A stretch of DNA of 63,731 bases, counting the filler, from Octopus bimaculoides (lineage: Eukaryota), in NCBI RefSeq assembly GCF_001194135.2. It is 5 parts of 5 records of this genome, joined end to end, with 100 filler letters (N's around TTAATTAATTAA, not from the genome) between each part and the next. Parts side by side here need not be neighbours in the genome. Positions count along the whole stretch, not along the records: positions 36,447 to 55,203 come from NC_068992.1; positions 55,304 to 59,917 come from NC_068981.1; positions 60,018 to 63,731 come from NC_068987.1; 2 more parts are not named here. One strand, given 5' to 3'. The notes below the pieces were generated by a model, which saw only the letters and a program-made list of their open reading frames with translations, did no database searches and was not told the origin of the DNA. Position 1 is the first letter of the stretch. The number at the start of each line of letters is the position of its first letter. Shown one piece after another: positions 49,281 through 62,917 of this stretch. The position numbers and the translations under genes are program-made.

Positions 49281-51865
49281 GTATATATGTATGTATGTAT
49301 GTATGCATGCATGAATGCAGGTAGGTAGTTAGGTAGGTAGGTAGGTATATGTATATACACACTGACACGCGTTTACGGAAGGTCATTGCGCAATACCATT
49401 TTCCAGAAGTGTTAGATTCGTGCCGGTAGTGTCGTGTTATTCGTGATCTTAAATCAAATACTGACTAGGTTTTTATTAAGGAAGAAAATCTCATGATACG
49501 AGAATCAAAACAATACCACATGCTTGTATCTTCAGAAATTGAGAGCATTTAATGTATGTGTTTCCAGTTGTTACGTACGATATTTATTACGTAAAACCCT
49601 CCTCAGCAAACATTTCAAAATATATATAGACAAATGTGTATTTGTATATACGTGTGTATGTGTTTGTGAATGTTTGTGTGTGTATGCATGCTTTGAATTA
49701 TTTGTAATTGCTAATAAACATCACCACAAGAGAAAAAAATATTTCCTGGTTAAGGAAATCTATGCATGAAATAAAATGAAATTTATCGATAATAATGTCG
49801 ATTGGGAATTTAGTTTTCTCCCTTTACGGCTCATCCGGAGAAGGAAAATATACTATGGACATTACTGTCGAAAACATATTCGTCATTGTTTCCACCAAAT
49901 TAATTCGTGGGTTTTAGCTTTGTGCCTCAGATTCCACTCCAAGACGAAGGCCCACTTATGGAAATCGTAGTGGTGGTATAAAGGATAGGGAAACGCCACA
50001 TATTATTTCCGAACTTGACAAGTGTTTATTTACAATCCGTTCCTTTGGACTCGAGAAAATTATTCAGCAATGTAAAATTTACCTAGAAAAATAATAATAA
50101 AAACAAACAAACGAAACAAATGAAAGAATAACTTGGATCAGATATTCCTACACATGAAAATATAATAAATGGTTAAAAAGAAAGCGATATTACAATTATT
50201 TGATGAAATTCGGGTTGTAGCTATTGATTTCATCAATAAAATTTTTAACATGATTTACAGGTTACTAAAATGTAAACGAGAATTATCATTAATGGAAGAT
50301 AAATTTGAACTTCAGATTAAGAATAGAGTACAATTAGGAAAGATCTTGCGTTTTGCAATTTTCTTCAACTCTGCTTACAGTAAATATTACTGAATCAAGA
50401 AGTGTCACTTTCTCAAGTACTATGGGAAAAGAAAAAAAAATCTTTGCACTTCCTTAATTGCAAGTGAATCTGTTATTTTTTTAATAAAATATAAATGTGA
50501 AAATTGTAAAGCAACGCTGTTTCTTGATTTCATAGAATTAGAATAATGAGCGATAGAGATTATTTATGTTATGAAACGGAAAACGTTTATTTATGTTGGA
50601 TTTCATGCAATACTTATTGAGTCCTTTGTTCACATTGTGTTATATCAGAGTAAGAAGCATAATTAGATTAAGATCTCATGTTGGCATGTAAACACACACA
50701 CGCGCGCGTGCGCGCATGGAGCAGTCAACAAAACTTGAAACGATCAGTCGAGAAACATCCCTCATTTTCTTCTGCATGAGACCACAGAAAAGGTATTCCT
50801 ATAATTTTAAAACTAAATCCACTGTGAGTCTTTGTAGCATTTAAATATATTTCACTTGTTATTCACACACACACGTACACACACACAACACACAACTCAC
50901 ACATGCAGAACTCAATTGAGCGTTTGAATATATTCAAGGCTAAATCGACCTTAAGTTTTTAGAGGGTAATATATTAATGTACCAGAGAAGAGAAATATGT
51001 GTGTTGTCTTCACTTCGCTGTTTCCAGTAATCAACTGCACCACTAAATGTTTGGCTATGTGCCGATTTTGGAAATCTATTTTAAAGAAAGACGTAAATGC
51101 GACTAAGATATGTCATTTAAAGAATTTGGAAAAAAAAATTCTAGTTAGAGTCTCTTGAATTTAGATGTTCATGCGAAAACATGCTAATATACAAAATCTA
51201 CGTTACATCGAATATAGCAGATGGAAGATACACAATACCGCATCATTGTGATTACGATTTTCACTTTATTTTTGTATTTTTGCGAAATACTCTCAGAATA
51301 TCGTTTTCTTGAGAATTTCGATCAATGACTGATAGTGAACACATTATGACACTGAAATAACAGATATTAAGCATTTTAAATGTTACATGATGGTTAAATG
51401 ATATTCACAATTGTCAATTCTCAAATAAGAGCGTGGGAAATATTGAGATTATGGCGGTAAGCAATAAGTTTTCTTTTGGTTGCTAACATACGTACATCCA
51501 AACAAGCACGCGTACATACATACATATACATGCGAGTGCATATGTGCGTATAAATATATGTGTGTGTGCGTGTTCGTATGTATATATATGTTTACATATG
51601 TATATGCATATATCTTTCCATATATATATTACTGTACATATGTTTATATACGTATAGAAATAGAGAGATACATATCCACCTCCATACATACACACATGCG
51701 CACAATGATATAACGACACATTTATTAACTGTCTTTCTCAAACTCTCTCTCTCTTCCTCTCTCTCACTCTTTCTCTCTCTTTGTATACGTGTTTGTGTGT
51801 GGGTGTGTTTGTTTTTAACTGCGTGATTGTCTGCATGTGTGTATAAATTTTGATGTGTATATGTA

Positions 51866-52033
51866 TATTCTTTTATTCATTTACTTGTTTCAGTCACTTG
51901 ACTGCAGCCATTCTGGAGCATCGCCTTCAGTCGAACAAATCGACGCCAGGACTTATTCTTTGTAATCTTAGTACTTATTCTATCGGTGACTTTTGCCAAA
52001 CCGCTTAGTTACAGGAACGTAAAAACACTAACA

Positions 52034-52081
<48 letters not shown>

Positions 52082-52308
52082 TATATATATATATNNNNNN
52101 NNNNNNNNNNNNNNNNNNNNNNNNNNNNNNNATATACATATATGACAGGCTACTTTCAGTTTCCGTCTACCAAATCAACTCACAAGGTTTTGGTCGTCCC
52201 GAGGCTATAGTAGAAGATAACTGACCAAGGAGTCACGCAGTGGGACTGAACCCGGAGCCATGTGGTTGGGAAGCAAGCTCCTTACATCACAGCCACTCCT
52301 GCGCCTAT
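51866..52308 (-). mobile_element. SINE family A, full length
   Basis: Homologous to 45473-45930. Confidence 0.92.
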
Positions 52309-53408
52309 GCATATCTTTCTCTACATATGTATTACTTTTATGTTACGACGCATTGAAACAGACATAATTTCTTTATAACTAATGATTAAACAAGCCATTC
52401 GTTCTTATATAACCACCTTTATACAAAGGAAAACTAGGAAGTATTTCATTTATATTTCATGTCGGAATATTATTTAGACAATATATAACATTGTGGAAAG
52501 CCTCCTCACATAAATCTTTCAAAAGCCATGTTACTAAACTTTGCAACATATGCTGGCACTAACAATGTTTGTAATCCGTAAACTGTAGTCGCTCCCTAAT
52601 GGATCTCGATGTAATAATCGATTAGCATCATCATTGTCTATTAAGTGATAATCAATAATTTCACGACTAAAGAATTCCTTTTATCTTTTCAGCGTTAATT
52701 GAATAATATAAATCTTATGACTATCTCATTTAATTTGTAGATTGTAGCAATTATACGCATCTTAATTTGGAGTGAATACTTTAAAACTTAAACGGTTCTC
52801 TACAGTGTAATGTTTACTACGCTTGCATATCACTTACTTTTAATCATCCTAGAGGATATGTAAATTCTAAACGAAGAATTCCAGCTAAATAATTATTGCA
52901 ATAATTATTTAACGATTTCCATATTGTAGTGAGACATTGCTTGGAATGGTAGCTTCAATGAAGAATATTAAGCAACGATTTTCTTAGATCAATGGGAAAT
53001 ATTGAAGACATTGAAACGAGAGTTCTAGCGCAAATGACAATTTCCAGTGAGGTGTAAACTAATTGTGGCGAAGAATATTGTTTTTGTATATTCATGTATT
53101 CAGTTAGAATCCTAAAAGTATTTATTTACAAAAGTTTTAACAAGTTTTAATGGGATAAACACTAAATAATGTCGTGCGAAATTAATATACGTTGATCAAT
53201 CAGAATAATTGAGAAAGTTATATAATTTCATTTCTTTTTCGATTATGACAAGTCAGCGATCATTCAGTCTTGAGGAAATGGTAGCCTTATTCCTCTTGGA
53301 TCGTACTATGCCTTCTTAAACAACGTTGCTTACATTGGACGTGAGTTGAACGTGAGGTAGTACACACGTAGACAGACACACAGACAGGCAGAGACATACA
53401 TACATACA

Positions 53409-53456
<48 letters not shown>

Positions 53457-53561
53457 NNNNNNNNNNNNNNNNNNNNNNNNNNNNNNNNNNNNNNNNNNNN
53501 NNNNNNNNNNNNNNNNNNNNNNNNNNNNNNNNNNNNNNNGCATGTATACACATTTGCATAT

Positions 53562-53700
53562 TGTAGATTACTTCCGAATAGACGCTGTCGATTTGAAGAT
53601 GAAGGAATAGTGTAAAGTGGATAACGGTTAAGCTAGCGAAAGTTGAAAGGTTCCACACTAAGTGCTCCCATTGGACTGTAATTGCTTTGTTGTATTAATA
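53562..53700 (+). repeat. Dispersed repeat (copy of 43238-43375)
   Basis: See 43238. Confidence 0.9.
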
Positions 53701-53730
53701 CACACATACACACACACATGTGTGTGTTGC

Positions 53731-53761
<31 letters not shown>

Positions 53762-54046
53762 CTTAAGACTTAGTTGTGATCTGAACATAACTGCTTCTGA
53801 CACAGAGAATCGGGAGCCCTTTTGGGCATTCTATTTTCCTTGCTGGAACGGTTCCCAACCCATGGGCAAAGACGATGGGGGTGATGTTTTCAAAGAGCTG
53901 GCATGTGTAACCTGATCATCTCTGCCGATCAAATTCCCAACCCATGCGCTCCCGTCGTGGCGCTGATTCTGCCCAAATTTGACGTTGATGTTACTTAGTT
54001 TGGTTTGAAATCGAGAACTTGATTAGCTTAATAATCCTAACTTAAT

Positions 54047-54075
54047 CTCGGGCAAAGCCGGGTTTAAATGTTAGT
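54047..54075 (+). mobile_element. Helitron-like 3' terminus
   Basis: GC-rich hairpin CGG-GCAAAG-CCG, about 10 nt, then TTAG|T (variant of the CTAG|T end). Confidence 0.5.
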
Positions 54076-54132
54076 AATATATATATATATATATGTCCGT
54101 GCGTGTGTATATATGCGTGTGTGTGTGTGCGT

Positions 54133-54214
<82 letters not shown>

Positions 54215-55171
54215 ATGTGTGTGTGTTTGTGTTTTTTGTGTACCACTTGGTATAGCCGAAATATACTTCTATATTTCAGAAGTACTTCTGTCATTTTTCA
54301 TGAAAGTTTATTGAGTTTCTTTGTTGTTGCTTCTGTTTTAACATTATTTATATTTTCCTGCTCTCATAAGTTCATATTTTCCAGCGTTCGTGCTATAGGC
54401 AGCGTCATTTTATGTATTTGTCTCACTGTGTCCTTCATCATCGCTCACTTATACCAAAGCAGCGGTTTACTGTGATTCCATCAAATTGAACAATATTATC
54501 GAAATAGCATCGAAATAGTTATAAGGTCTAGTAAAAAATTGATGAGGGTTAAGCATTTTCCTGTCCTTTAAATATGCTTTTTTTTCCTCTCCGATCCGCA
54601 TGCACCGTCACCGTCGTAACATACAACATTTTAGTATTATATATATTTAAGAAGTGAATACATACACTTACATACAAACACACACACACCCACACCCATG
54701 CACAAACACAGATGTATATATGCAAACACACATATAACTATGAATGTGTATGTGTAGGAGTATATATATATATATAAATATATATATATATATGTATAAA
54801 CGCACAGACAGGAGAAAGAGAGAGGGAAGGACAGAAAGTGAAGAGAGGGAGAGAGAGAATGATAGAGATAGAAGGGAGAAAAAGCAGTGGTTTGAACTTC
54901 TTATTCTTTACATTCATTTATCAGAAGATGTGTTTGTTTGTACATGATACTCTTATGAAGGTCATCAACGAATTGCATCTAGAGGGTGGCGTCATGTGTT
55001 AATGTATACTGAGATATATGCAAATAATAGAATTTCGAACTTGATGGAATACTACGTCGTGGCTTTCCCTCAATTATATATGATATATAATATACATACA
55101 TACATACATACATACATACATACAAGCATATATACATATATATATACATATAATAACAGTAATATTAATAA

Positions 55172-55203
<32 letters not shown>

Positions 55204-55303
55204 NNNNNNNNNNNNNNNNNNNNNNNNNNNNNNNNNNNNNNNNNNNNTTAATTAATTAANNNNNNNNNNNNNNNNNNNNNNNNNNNNNNNNNNNNNNNNN
55301 NNN

Positions 55304-55603
55304 GTGATGGTGGCATCGGGACAAGGCACGACGGTCAGGCGGTAATCGATGACTGATGCGATATACACATTAGCCACCTCCGCCCGGCCTTTTAGAGATA
55401 ACTTTCTCTCAGTCCATGTTTGGCTGAGTTTGATCACTCTACTGGTGATCTCGTCCCAGTTCTTATCCATTTGGAGGTCCGGACTGAACCAGACCCCGAG
55501 CAGTTTAACCGGTCCGTCCGTCCAGCGTCCCACTACGGAGTCACTGTTGGACGGTATGGGCTTGCTTCTCCAGGTGCCGAGTAACAAACCCACTGACTTT
55601 TCC

Positions 55604-55605
<2 letters not shown>
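55304..55605 (-). pseudogene. Tx1/L1-like LINE ORF2 fragment (post-RT region)
   Basis: WTDGPVKLLGVWFSPDLQMDKNWDEITSRVIKLSQTWTERKLSLKGRAEVANVYIASVIDYRLTVVPCP matches the L1/Tx1 (Y/L)LG.W...NW...W..R.LSL.GR motif. Confidence 0.88.
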
Positions 55606-55643
<38 letters not shown>

Positions 55644-55724
55644 GTGACAACGCACTGGTATTTAGTGATTTCAAAGAAATCATTATATCACATAAGCATA
55701 CACATCACGGCTGGAGAAAATGCA

Positions 55725-56140
55725 AGAGAAAGAAAACATGGTTTACCGCTTAATTTTCAATAAATGTACGCACTGCAATAGACAGAACATTTCTCCACCA
55801 TATTAAAACTCACTTTCCCTCTAGACATAAGTACAGGAAAATACTTATACAAATTTATTTAGAATAAGCGACTTAACATCGACAACTTTCCCTTGCACAC
55901 TAGCATCGATAAATAATAAATGAAAAGAAATAATTTGAAATACCAGAACCTAACCAACAACAAAACACGAGAATACTTCCACTCTCAAAACATGTACCTA
56001 GTCAACAATAACTGGGGAAATCAGTTGTCTACACAACTAACGTCACATTTTTTGCATTAAGCGAAAGGCATTGACTATACAAACTGACTGCTAAGCAATT
56101 TAAGAACAGACACTATCAACATTCTTACATATTTAGAATA
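55725..56140 (+). pseudogene. Penelope-like element C-terminal remnant (linker plus GIY-YIG endonuclease)
   Basis: Broken frames KTWFTA*FSINVRTAIDRTFLHHIKTHFPSRHKYRKI (cf. IWFNPPFS.NV.TNIG..FL...HFP), LGKSVVYTTNVT and YKLTAKQFKNRHYQHSYIFR (cf. YIG.T...FK.R...H...F). Confidence 0.7.
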
Positions 56141-56549
56141 TTACAAAGAAGACTGAACAAAAAACATCAACGTATATCTGGTTTTTTACTAATATCATTT
56201 TATTCATATCATTAAATTTAAACTCGATAGATCACCAGGTTATATACATTCTTCTCTACAAATCCTGAAACACGGATTCAAAACATTGACTTAACACAAA
56301 GAATTGATTTCTTTTTTCCAGTCCTCACATAAACAGGAACTTTCTTAGATACCATACAGCATACCAACAGCATAATCTGAAATCCAAACGGAATACGATG
56401 TTTCTTTTCTTTTCCTTTTTCTTCCCTTTCCTCCTCAATCAATATTTCTTATCCGAACTAGTAATAACATCAGAGATATTCTTCCCTGTACTGATATATC
56501 CTACACTGCACCAAATAAAAGGACATTCAATCATTCAACAAATAAAACT

Positions 56550-56645
56550 GTTTCTTCTTCTTCTTCTTCTTCTTCTTCTTCTTCTTCTTCTTCTTCTTCT
56601 TCTTCTTCTTCTTCTTCTTCTTCTTCTTCTTCTTCTGCTTCTGCT
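56550..56645. repeat. (CTT)n microsatellite
   Basis: Directly visible. Confidence 0.97.
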
Positions 56646-56873
56646 TCCAAAAAATTGTTCATTTTGTAAGTCCACAGAGGAAATAATTGAACAATATTTT
56701 TCTTTTCTTTTTTTCTCTTTCTTCCTACCCCAAACAATAATTCATTTCTGATCTAGTAATACCACTAGATTGATCTCCCCCTTTACAGTGATCTCTTACG
56801 CCTTTTCCAAATAAATGTTCATACTTTCATTCACATCTGACAGTTTCTTCTCCCAGCTACCTTGTTTTCAGAA

Positions 56874-56921
<48 letters not shown>

Positions 56922-57121
56922 ACACACAAGCATTCGTTTTCATCCTTTTTGACAACTCCACACATCAACTGCCACAATACCATTTCTACAGAAGTACAAG
57001 TCTTAGATATATAAAGACCGTTGCCGGTCAAAATGAACCATGCATCTGCTATATGTTTTTTGAGAAAGATTCGTAGTTGCATATATAGGTAAGTCTCCTC
57101 TCTTCACGCCACTGATCTTAC

Positions 57122-57191
57122 CTTAGAGAAAAGTCACCGATATAGCCTGGCATCAGTATCATCATAGGTGTTGTTATCAGAATGCAAAGAG
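57122..57191 (-). CDS. Candidate 70-nt hydrophobic exon (xLCILITTPMMILMPGYIGDFSL)
   Basis: Minus-strand acceptor tatctgttccag| and donor AAG|gtaaga, open frame. Competes with a plus-strand candidate at 56992-57088. Confidence 0.25.
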
Positions 57192-57405
57192 CTGGAACAG
57201 ATATTGCTAGGCATTTTTGCTAAAACCTCGAACAGTTCTGTGAACCCATCGCCCTTAATTGATATTTTTTAATCGAACCCGAAAAGATGAATGGTAAATT
57301 GACTTTGACGTCAATCCACCGAGTTGATAACCCTACTAAATCACAATAAATACAGGTGCTCATACATATACGTAAGAACATGTACACACACACATACACA
57401 CACAT

Positions 57406-57438
<33 letters not shown>

Positions 57439-57524
57439 TACACATACACACACACACACATACATACACACATACACACTTTAAATTTAATTTATATAGA
57501 TTTAAATAGATTTAAATTTAATTT

Positions 57525-57745
57525 ATACAGATTTCCCTTGCAGTGGCCTTACCTGGAATTATTTCAACATTGTTTACAGGTAGAAAAGCAACTTGTTCTG
57601 TCCTTAAACTGCCATTCGGTTTTGCACACAACAAAACCTCTGAGTGTAATACTGGCAAAAGATCTAGACAGAAGTTCGGAAGTAGACCGAGCCGAAAGTT
57701 TGAGACCAGCACTCAATGTCTCACAGCTTTGCATTTGAGGACTTG
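57525..57745 (+). pseudogene. Helitron Pif1-like helicase fragment
   Basis: IQISLAVALPGIISTLFTGRKATCSVLKLPFGFAHNKTSECNTGK aligns with Helitron ALAVASSGIAATLLPGGRTAHS.FKLP...TCNI.K; a shifted frame SMSHSFAFEDL matches TMSHK.AFEAL. Confidence 0.8.
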
Positions 57746-57927
57746 GTTAACTGATGAGCTGAGTGTGCGCTTCAAAGAATCAAAGAATTAAGAGACGAGA
57801 GAAAAGAACTTTCATGTTTCTGCGAACATGAGAGTTTCACTCAGAGATGTTCCAACAATTTTTTTTTGCTTCATGTGGGGGGCTATGGTCAATGACGTCG
57901 TCATTTCTTTCTCTCTCTCGCTCTCTC

Positions 57928-58002
<75 letters not shown>

Positions 58003-58447
58003 NNNNNNNNNNNNNNNNNNNNNNNNNNNNNNNNNNNNNNNNNNNNNNNNNNNNNNNNNNNNNNNNNNNNNNNNNNNNNNNNNNNNNNNNNNNNNNNNNN
58101 NNNNNNNNNNNNNNNNNNNNNNNNNNNNNNNNNNNNNNNNNNNNNNNNNNNNNNNNNNNNNNNNNNNNNNNNNNNNNNNNNNNNNNNNNNNNNNNNNNNN
58201 NNNNNNNNNNNNNNNNNNNNNNNNNNNNNNNNNNNNNNNNNNNNNNNNNNNNNNNNNNNNNNNNNNNNNNNNNNNNNNNNNNNNNNNNNNNNNNNNNNNN
58301 NNNNNNNNNNNNNNNNNNNNNNNNNNNNNNNNNNNNNNNNNNNNNNNNNNNNNNNNNNNNNNNNNNNNNNNNNNNNNNNNNNNNNNNNNNNNNNNNNNNN
58401 NNNNNNNNNNNNNNNNNNNNNNNNNNNNNNNNNNNNNNNNNNNNNNG

Positions 58448-59553
58448 TGCTCTTCAACTTGTTCTTCACGCAGGTCCTCCTCCACGCTACAAAGAACCTT
58501 GACCTGGGCGGGTACATCAAGTACCGAAGTGATGGCTCCGTATTCGACCTCCGCCACCTGTCTGCCAAAACAAAGACCAGGGAAAATCTCATCCTCGAAG
58601 CCCTCTTCGCGGGCCACCTCCGGATCATCGTCAACCGCTTCACCGAAGCACCCAGACTCTTTGGCCTGACCATCAGCTTTGGGAAAACGGAGGTCCTGCT
58701 CCAGGCAGTCCCGAATACAACAAAAACCTTAACCAGCAATCACCATTGATGGGGTTGAGCTGAACTGTGTCGAAAGCTTCAGGTACCTAGGCAGCACTAT
58801 TTCTGCAGATGGTTCACTGGATAAAGTGATCACATCAAGGATCCAGAAAGCCAGTCAAGCACTCGGTAGACTCAGGGTTAAAGTACTACAACAGAAAGGC
58901 ATGCAGCTGTCCACGAAACTCAAGATATACAAAGCTGTAGTTCTCTACATGCTGCTGTATGGTTGTAAAACGTGGACTCCATACCGCCGGCACATTAAGC
59001 TGTTCAAACAGTTCCATACAAGATCACTGCGCACAATCATGGGCATCTGCTAGCAGGACAAAGTCTCCAATCAAGAAGTTCTAGACAGAGCAGAGTCCTC
59101 AAGCGTCGAGGCACTTCTGCCCAAAGCTCAGTTACGTTGGATCGGCCACGGCATCAGAATGAACGACCACCGCATCTTCAGACAGCTAATGTACGGTGAG
59201 CTGAAGGAAGGCACAAGGAAGACCCAAGTTGAGGTATAAGGACACCCTAAAGGGCAACCTAAAGTGGTGTGGCATCCAGCCTCGAAAACTCGAGACTGCA
59301 GCCACAAACAGGGATTCCTGTAGGTCAATCCCCAACACTGCTTCAGCTGCCATTGAGGAAGATAGGCGGCTATGCCTCGCAGCCGCAAGAGACAAACATC
59401 ACTGGACCACATCATCCTCGGTCTTTATCACAGGCTACCAGTGTCCAACCTGCGGGCGCTGTGTGCTTCCGGCTTTGGGCTGCGGAGCCACAAGCGTTCC
59501 CACTGCTGAGACCACAGAATACGTCTTTATCGAAGATCGATGGGCTACCAAGA
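58448..59553 (+). pseudogene. RTE-clade LINE, 3' ~1.1 kb (RT C-terminal half to 3' end), inactivated
   Basis: VLFNLFF...IKYRSDGSVFDLRHL...LEALFA, FGLTIS.GKTEVL, FRYLGSTIS, KLKIYKAVVL..LLYGC.TWT, LRWIGH, YKDTLKGNLK, terminal CPTC. Frameshifts, a stop and a deletion at the catalytic FADD motif. Confidence 0.95.
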
Positions 59554-60599
59554 TTTGGGCAGGGGAATGGCAAACTCAAGGGTCCGAAAAATTTATACTA
59601 GCCTCTTACAGAATAATAGAAACCATAAGTGTCTTTAAGAGCGAGCCGTCCTAGTCTCCAAAATGAAAATTCAGAATACAAACCACAATCATTCGGCATA
59701 AAACCTCAACGCCAATATTTCCCAAAGTAAGTTTCCTGAAAAAAATTCAAGGGTTCCAAGGAATAGGGTGTCGTTTAATAGGTATTTGCTCCCTTTTTTG
59801 AGAGGGGGTGGGTGGAGTGCTCATATTCAAAATAACAAGTAGTTACAGGTTGTTTTTGTCGTTTGTTCCAAAGAATTAATTTCTCTCACGAAAGCAAATG
59901 TTGTTTCATTTATAATTNNNNNNNNNNNNNNNNNNNNNNNNNNNNNNNNNNNNNNNNNNNNTTAATTAATTAANNNNNNNNNNNNNNNNNNNNNNNNNNN
60001 NNNNNNNNNNNNNNNNNAGAAAGAAAGAAAGAAAGAAAGACAGAGAGATATACATATACATAACACACACGCATATGCATACATATACACACAAACTTAT
60101 TCGGACACATTTTTATGTCTGTGCATGTATGTATGTATGTATATGTGTGTGTGTGTGTGTGTATGTAAGTATGTATGTATGTATTTATGTATGTATGGGT
60201 GTGTATGTATGTAACAGTCTGTCTCTCAACCTATCTATCATTTTATATGTGTGTGAATGTGTTTGTAAACATTCATTAATTAACGTTATTAAACTACGAT
60301 GTTATTAAGCCAACATTCATTAACTGGTGTTATTAAACTTCAATGGAAATGATACAAACATGAACTTCTACTCAAATCTTGTAACTTTCTTCTCAGTTAG
60401 GCATGCCAACCTAATCTTCCCCTAAATAGTGCCTCATCATATCGAATGCAGACAAGAAAGAAAGAAAAAAAAACAAAGAAAACATGAAAGCATATGACAT
60501 AATGGCGACAGAAGAGAACAAGTAAACGTTGTGATATTTATAGTCGGTTCTCATTTGATGATATATTTGCATGATTTGACTTCACTTAGGTCTGAACAG

Positions 60600-60644
60600 G
60601 GAGGTGGTGATGGTGGAGAAGGAGGAGAGTAGGAGGAGGAAAAT

Positions 60645-60713
<69 letters not shown>

Positions 60714-60753
60714 CAGCAGCAGTAGTAGTAGTAGTAGTAGCAGTAGTAGTAGC

Positions 60754-60826
<73 letters not shown>

Positions 60827-61295
60827 ATAGTAGTAGAAGAAGAAGAAGAAGAAGATGCTACTGAATATGATGATGAGGAGGAGGATGGCAAAGTAGAACT
60901 TGAAGAATCTAACCCGTGACCACTAGCACCACTACCATTACCACCACTACCATTACCACCACCACCAACACCACTACCATTACCACCACCACCAACACCA
61001 CTACCATTACCATTACCACCACCACTACCAGCACNNNNNNNNNNNNNNNNNNNNNNNNNNNNNNNNNNNNNNNNNNNNNNNNNNNNNNNNNNNNNNNNNN
61101 NNNNNNNNNNNNNNNNNNNNNNNNNNNNNNNNNNNNNNNNNNNNNAGCACCATCACCTTTACCATCACCACTATCACCTTTACCATCAGATCTACCACCT
61201 CTATTACAACCACCACCACCACAAACACAACCACCACCGCCGCCGCCGTCACCACCACCACTACCACCGCCGCCACCACCACCACCATTAATAAC
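60600..61295. repeat. (AGT)n then (ACC/ACT)n trinucleotide fields
   Basis: Directly visible. Confidence 0.97.
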
Positions 61296-61645
61296 ACCAC
61301 CAAGGTAGTGATTCTAGAACAGACACTTGTTCCTTAAGTCGATTTTCATATTTTCTCAATTCGACTCTTGACATTTAGTTTTTAAATTTCAAAACCTTTC
61401 ACTTGGACCTTTCGTTTCAGTGAAGCAGAACAATAAAAGGATACGTGCTACGTTTATAGCGACCAACATTGTTCATAACTTTCGCCATTTCTTCAAAATG
61501 GCGATGGCAAAACCTGAAAGGTCAAATGTTGTATAAGTTGCGATTAAAAGCAAGATATTTAAAAGAAGTACTCACAAAATCACACTCAATAAATTAGTAA
61601 TCTTTAATTTTCATACTATTTATATTACATTTTTATGATATATTA

Positions 61646-62052
61646 TACTTTTATTCTTTTATTTGCTTTAGTCATTTGACTGCGGCCATGCTGAAGCACC
61701 GCCTTTCTAGTCGAACAAATCGACCCCAGTACTTATTCTTTGTAAGCCTAGAACTTATTCTATCTGTCCCTTTTGCCGAACCGCTAAGTTACGGGGGGAT
61801 GTAAACACACTCACGATCGGGGGACAAACACAGACACACATATACACACATACACACATTTATATATATATATATATATACATATAAACGACGGTCTTCT
61901 TTCAGTTTCCGTCTACCAAATCCACTCACAAAGCTTTGGTCGGCCCGAGGCTATAGTAGAAGACACTTGCCGAAGGTGCCACACAGTGGGATTGAACCCG
62001 GAACCATGTGGTTGGTAAGCAAGGTACTTACCACAGAGTCACTCTTGCGCGT
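61646..62052 (-). mobile_element. SINE family A, full length with an internal deletion
   Basis: Homologous to other A copies; lacks the GTTGTCAAGCGATG segment. Confidence 0.92.
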
Positions 62053-62619
62053 ATATATTATATATTAATGTTCGTTTTGTTTGTTGTAAGAAAATCAGTT
62101 TTACATTAAATTGAAGGATTACTCTATACATTTGGTAGAGAACAAATCTATTATACTTTAACAAGAATAGTATTGACAGGTGGGTAACTTCGAACTTTCG
62201 GTCAGTTAAGCCTTCATCGAAGAGTCCATGATGGCTTAACTGGCTGTTGGTGGATGGATGATGAGTCCAAACAATGCAAGCTTGGAAAATGAGAGCTAAT
62301 TCATGACGATGATGATGATATATATTAATATGTGTGTGTGTGTGTATGTGTGTTTGTGTATATAGCACCTCACAACACACCACAAACACACGCCACAAAC
62401 ACACACCAACACTGACCAATTCCCATCTCCACATTTTCATACCAATACATAAATACTCGCACACGTCAAGAAAACCAGCCCTCTTTCACACGCACATATG
62501 TACTCACCTACGCACACTCGCACTTTCGTTTTGGGATCACTTCTACTCTCCTGTGTGACCCTTCTGTCCGGCATTTGCCATGATAGATTGCTGACCATTA
62601 CACACATTTTTTCTTTCCT

Positions 62620-62770
62620 TGTTGTTCTCCTTGTTTCTTTCTGTGGTCGTTTCTGCGGAAGAGCGTAGGCTCAAAGCATTAAACTCTTTTTCAATTCCCG
62701 AGTATTATACTAATACATGTGTTTGTTTTCTACACCATCTGTCTTCGTCTTTTGTGAATTCTTCCTATAT
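62620..62770 (+). mobile_element. Copy of the 39320 terminal module
   Basis: TTCTGCGGAAGAGCGTAGGCTCAAAG...CCCGAG...TACTAATA...TACACCATCTGTCTTCGTCT. Confidence 0.7.
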
Positions 62771-62806
62771 ATATAAATTCTTCCNNNNNNNNNNATATAA
62801 ATTCTT

Positions 62807-62842
<36 letters not shown>

Positions 62843-62876
62843 CATATGTATATATATATCCACACGCACACACACA

Positions 62877-62917
<41 letters not shown>

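Noticed and set aside
44749-51440. Two CGTGGGAA Su(H)/CSL sites
   Set aside because: 6.7 kb apart, unpaired and compatible with chance.
54250-54475. Hydrophobic, transmembrane-like plus-strand frame (SVRAIGSVILCICLTVSFII...)
   Set aside because: T-rich composition explains the hydrophobicity; no start or splice context and no homology.
62753-62812. Short direct repeat ATATAAATTCTTCC
   Set aside because: Flanks a 10-N gap; likely the same artefact.
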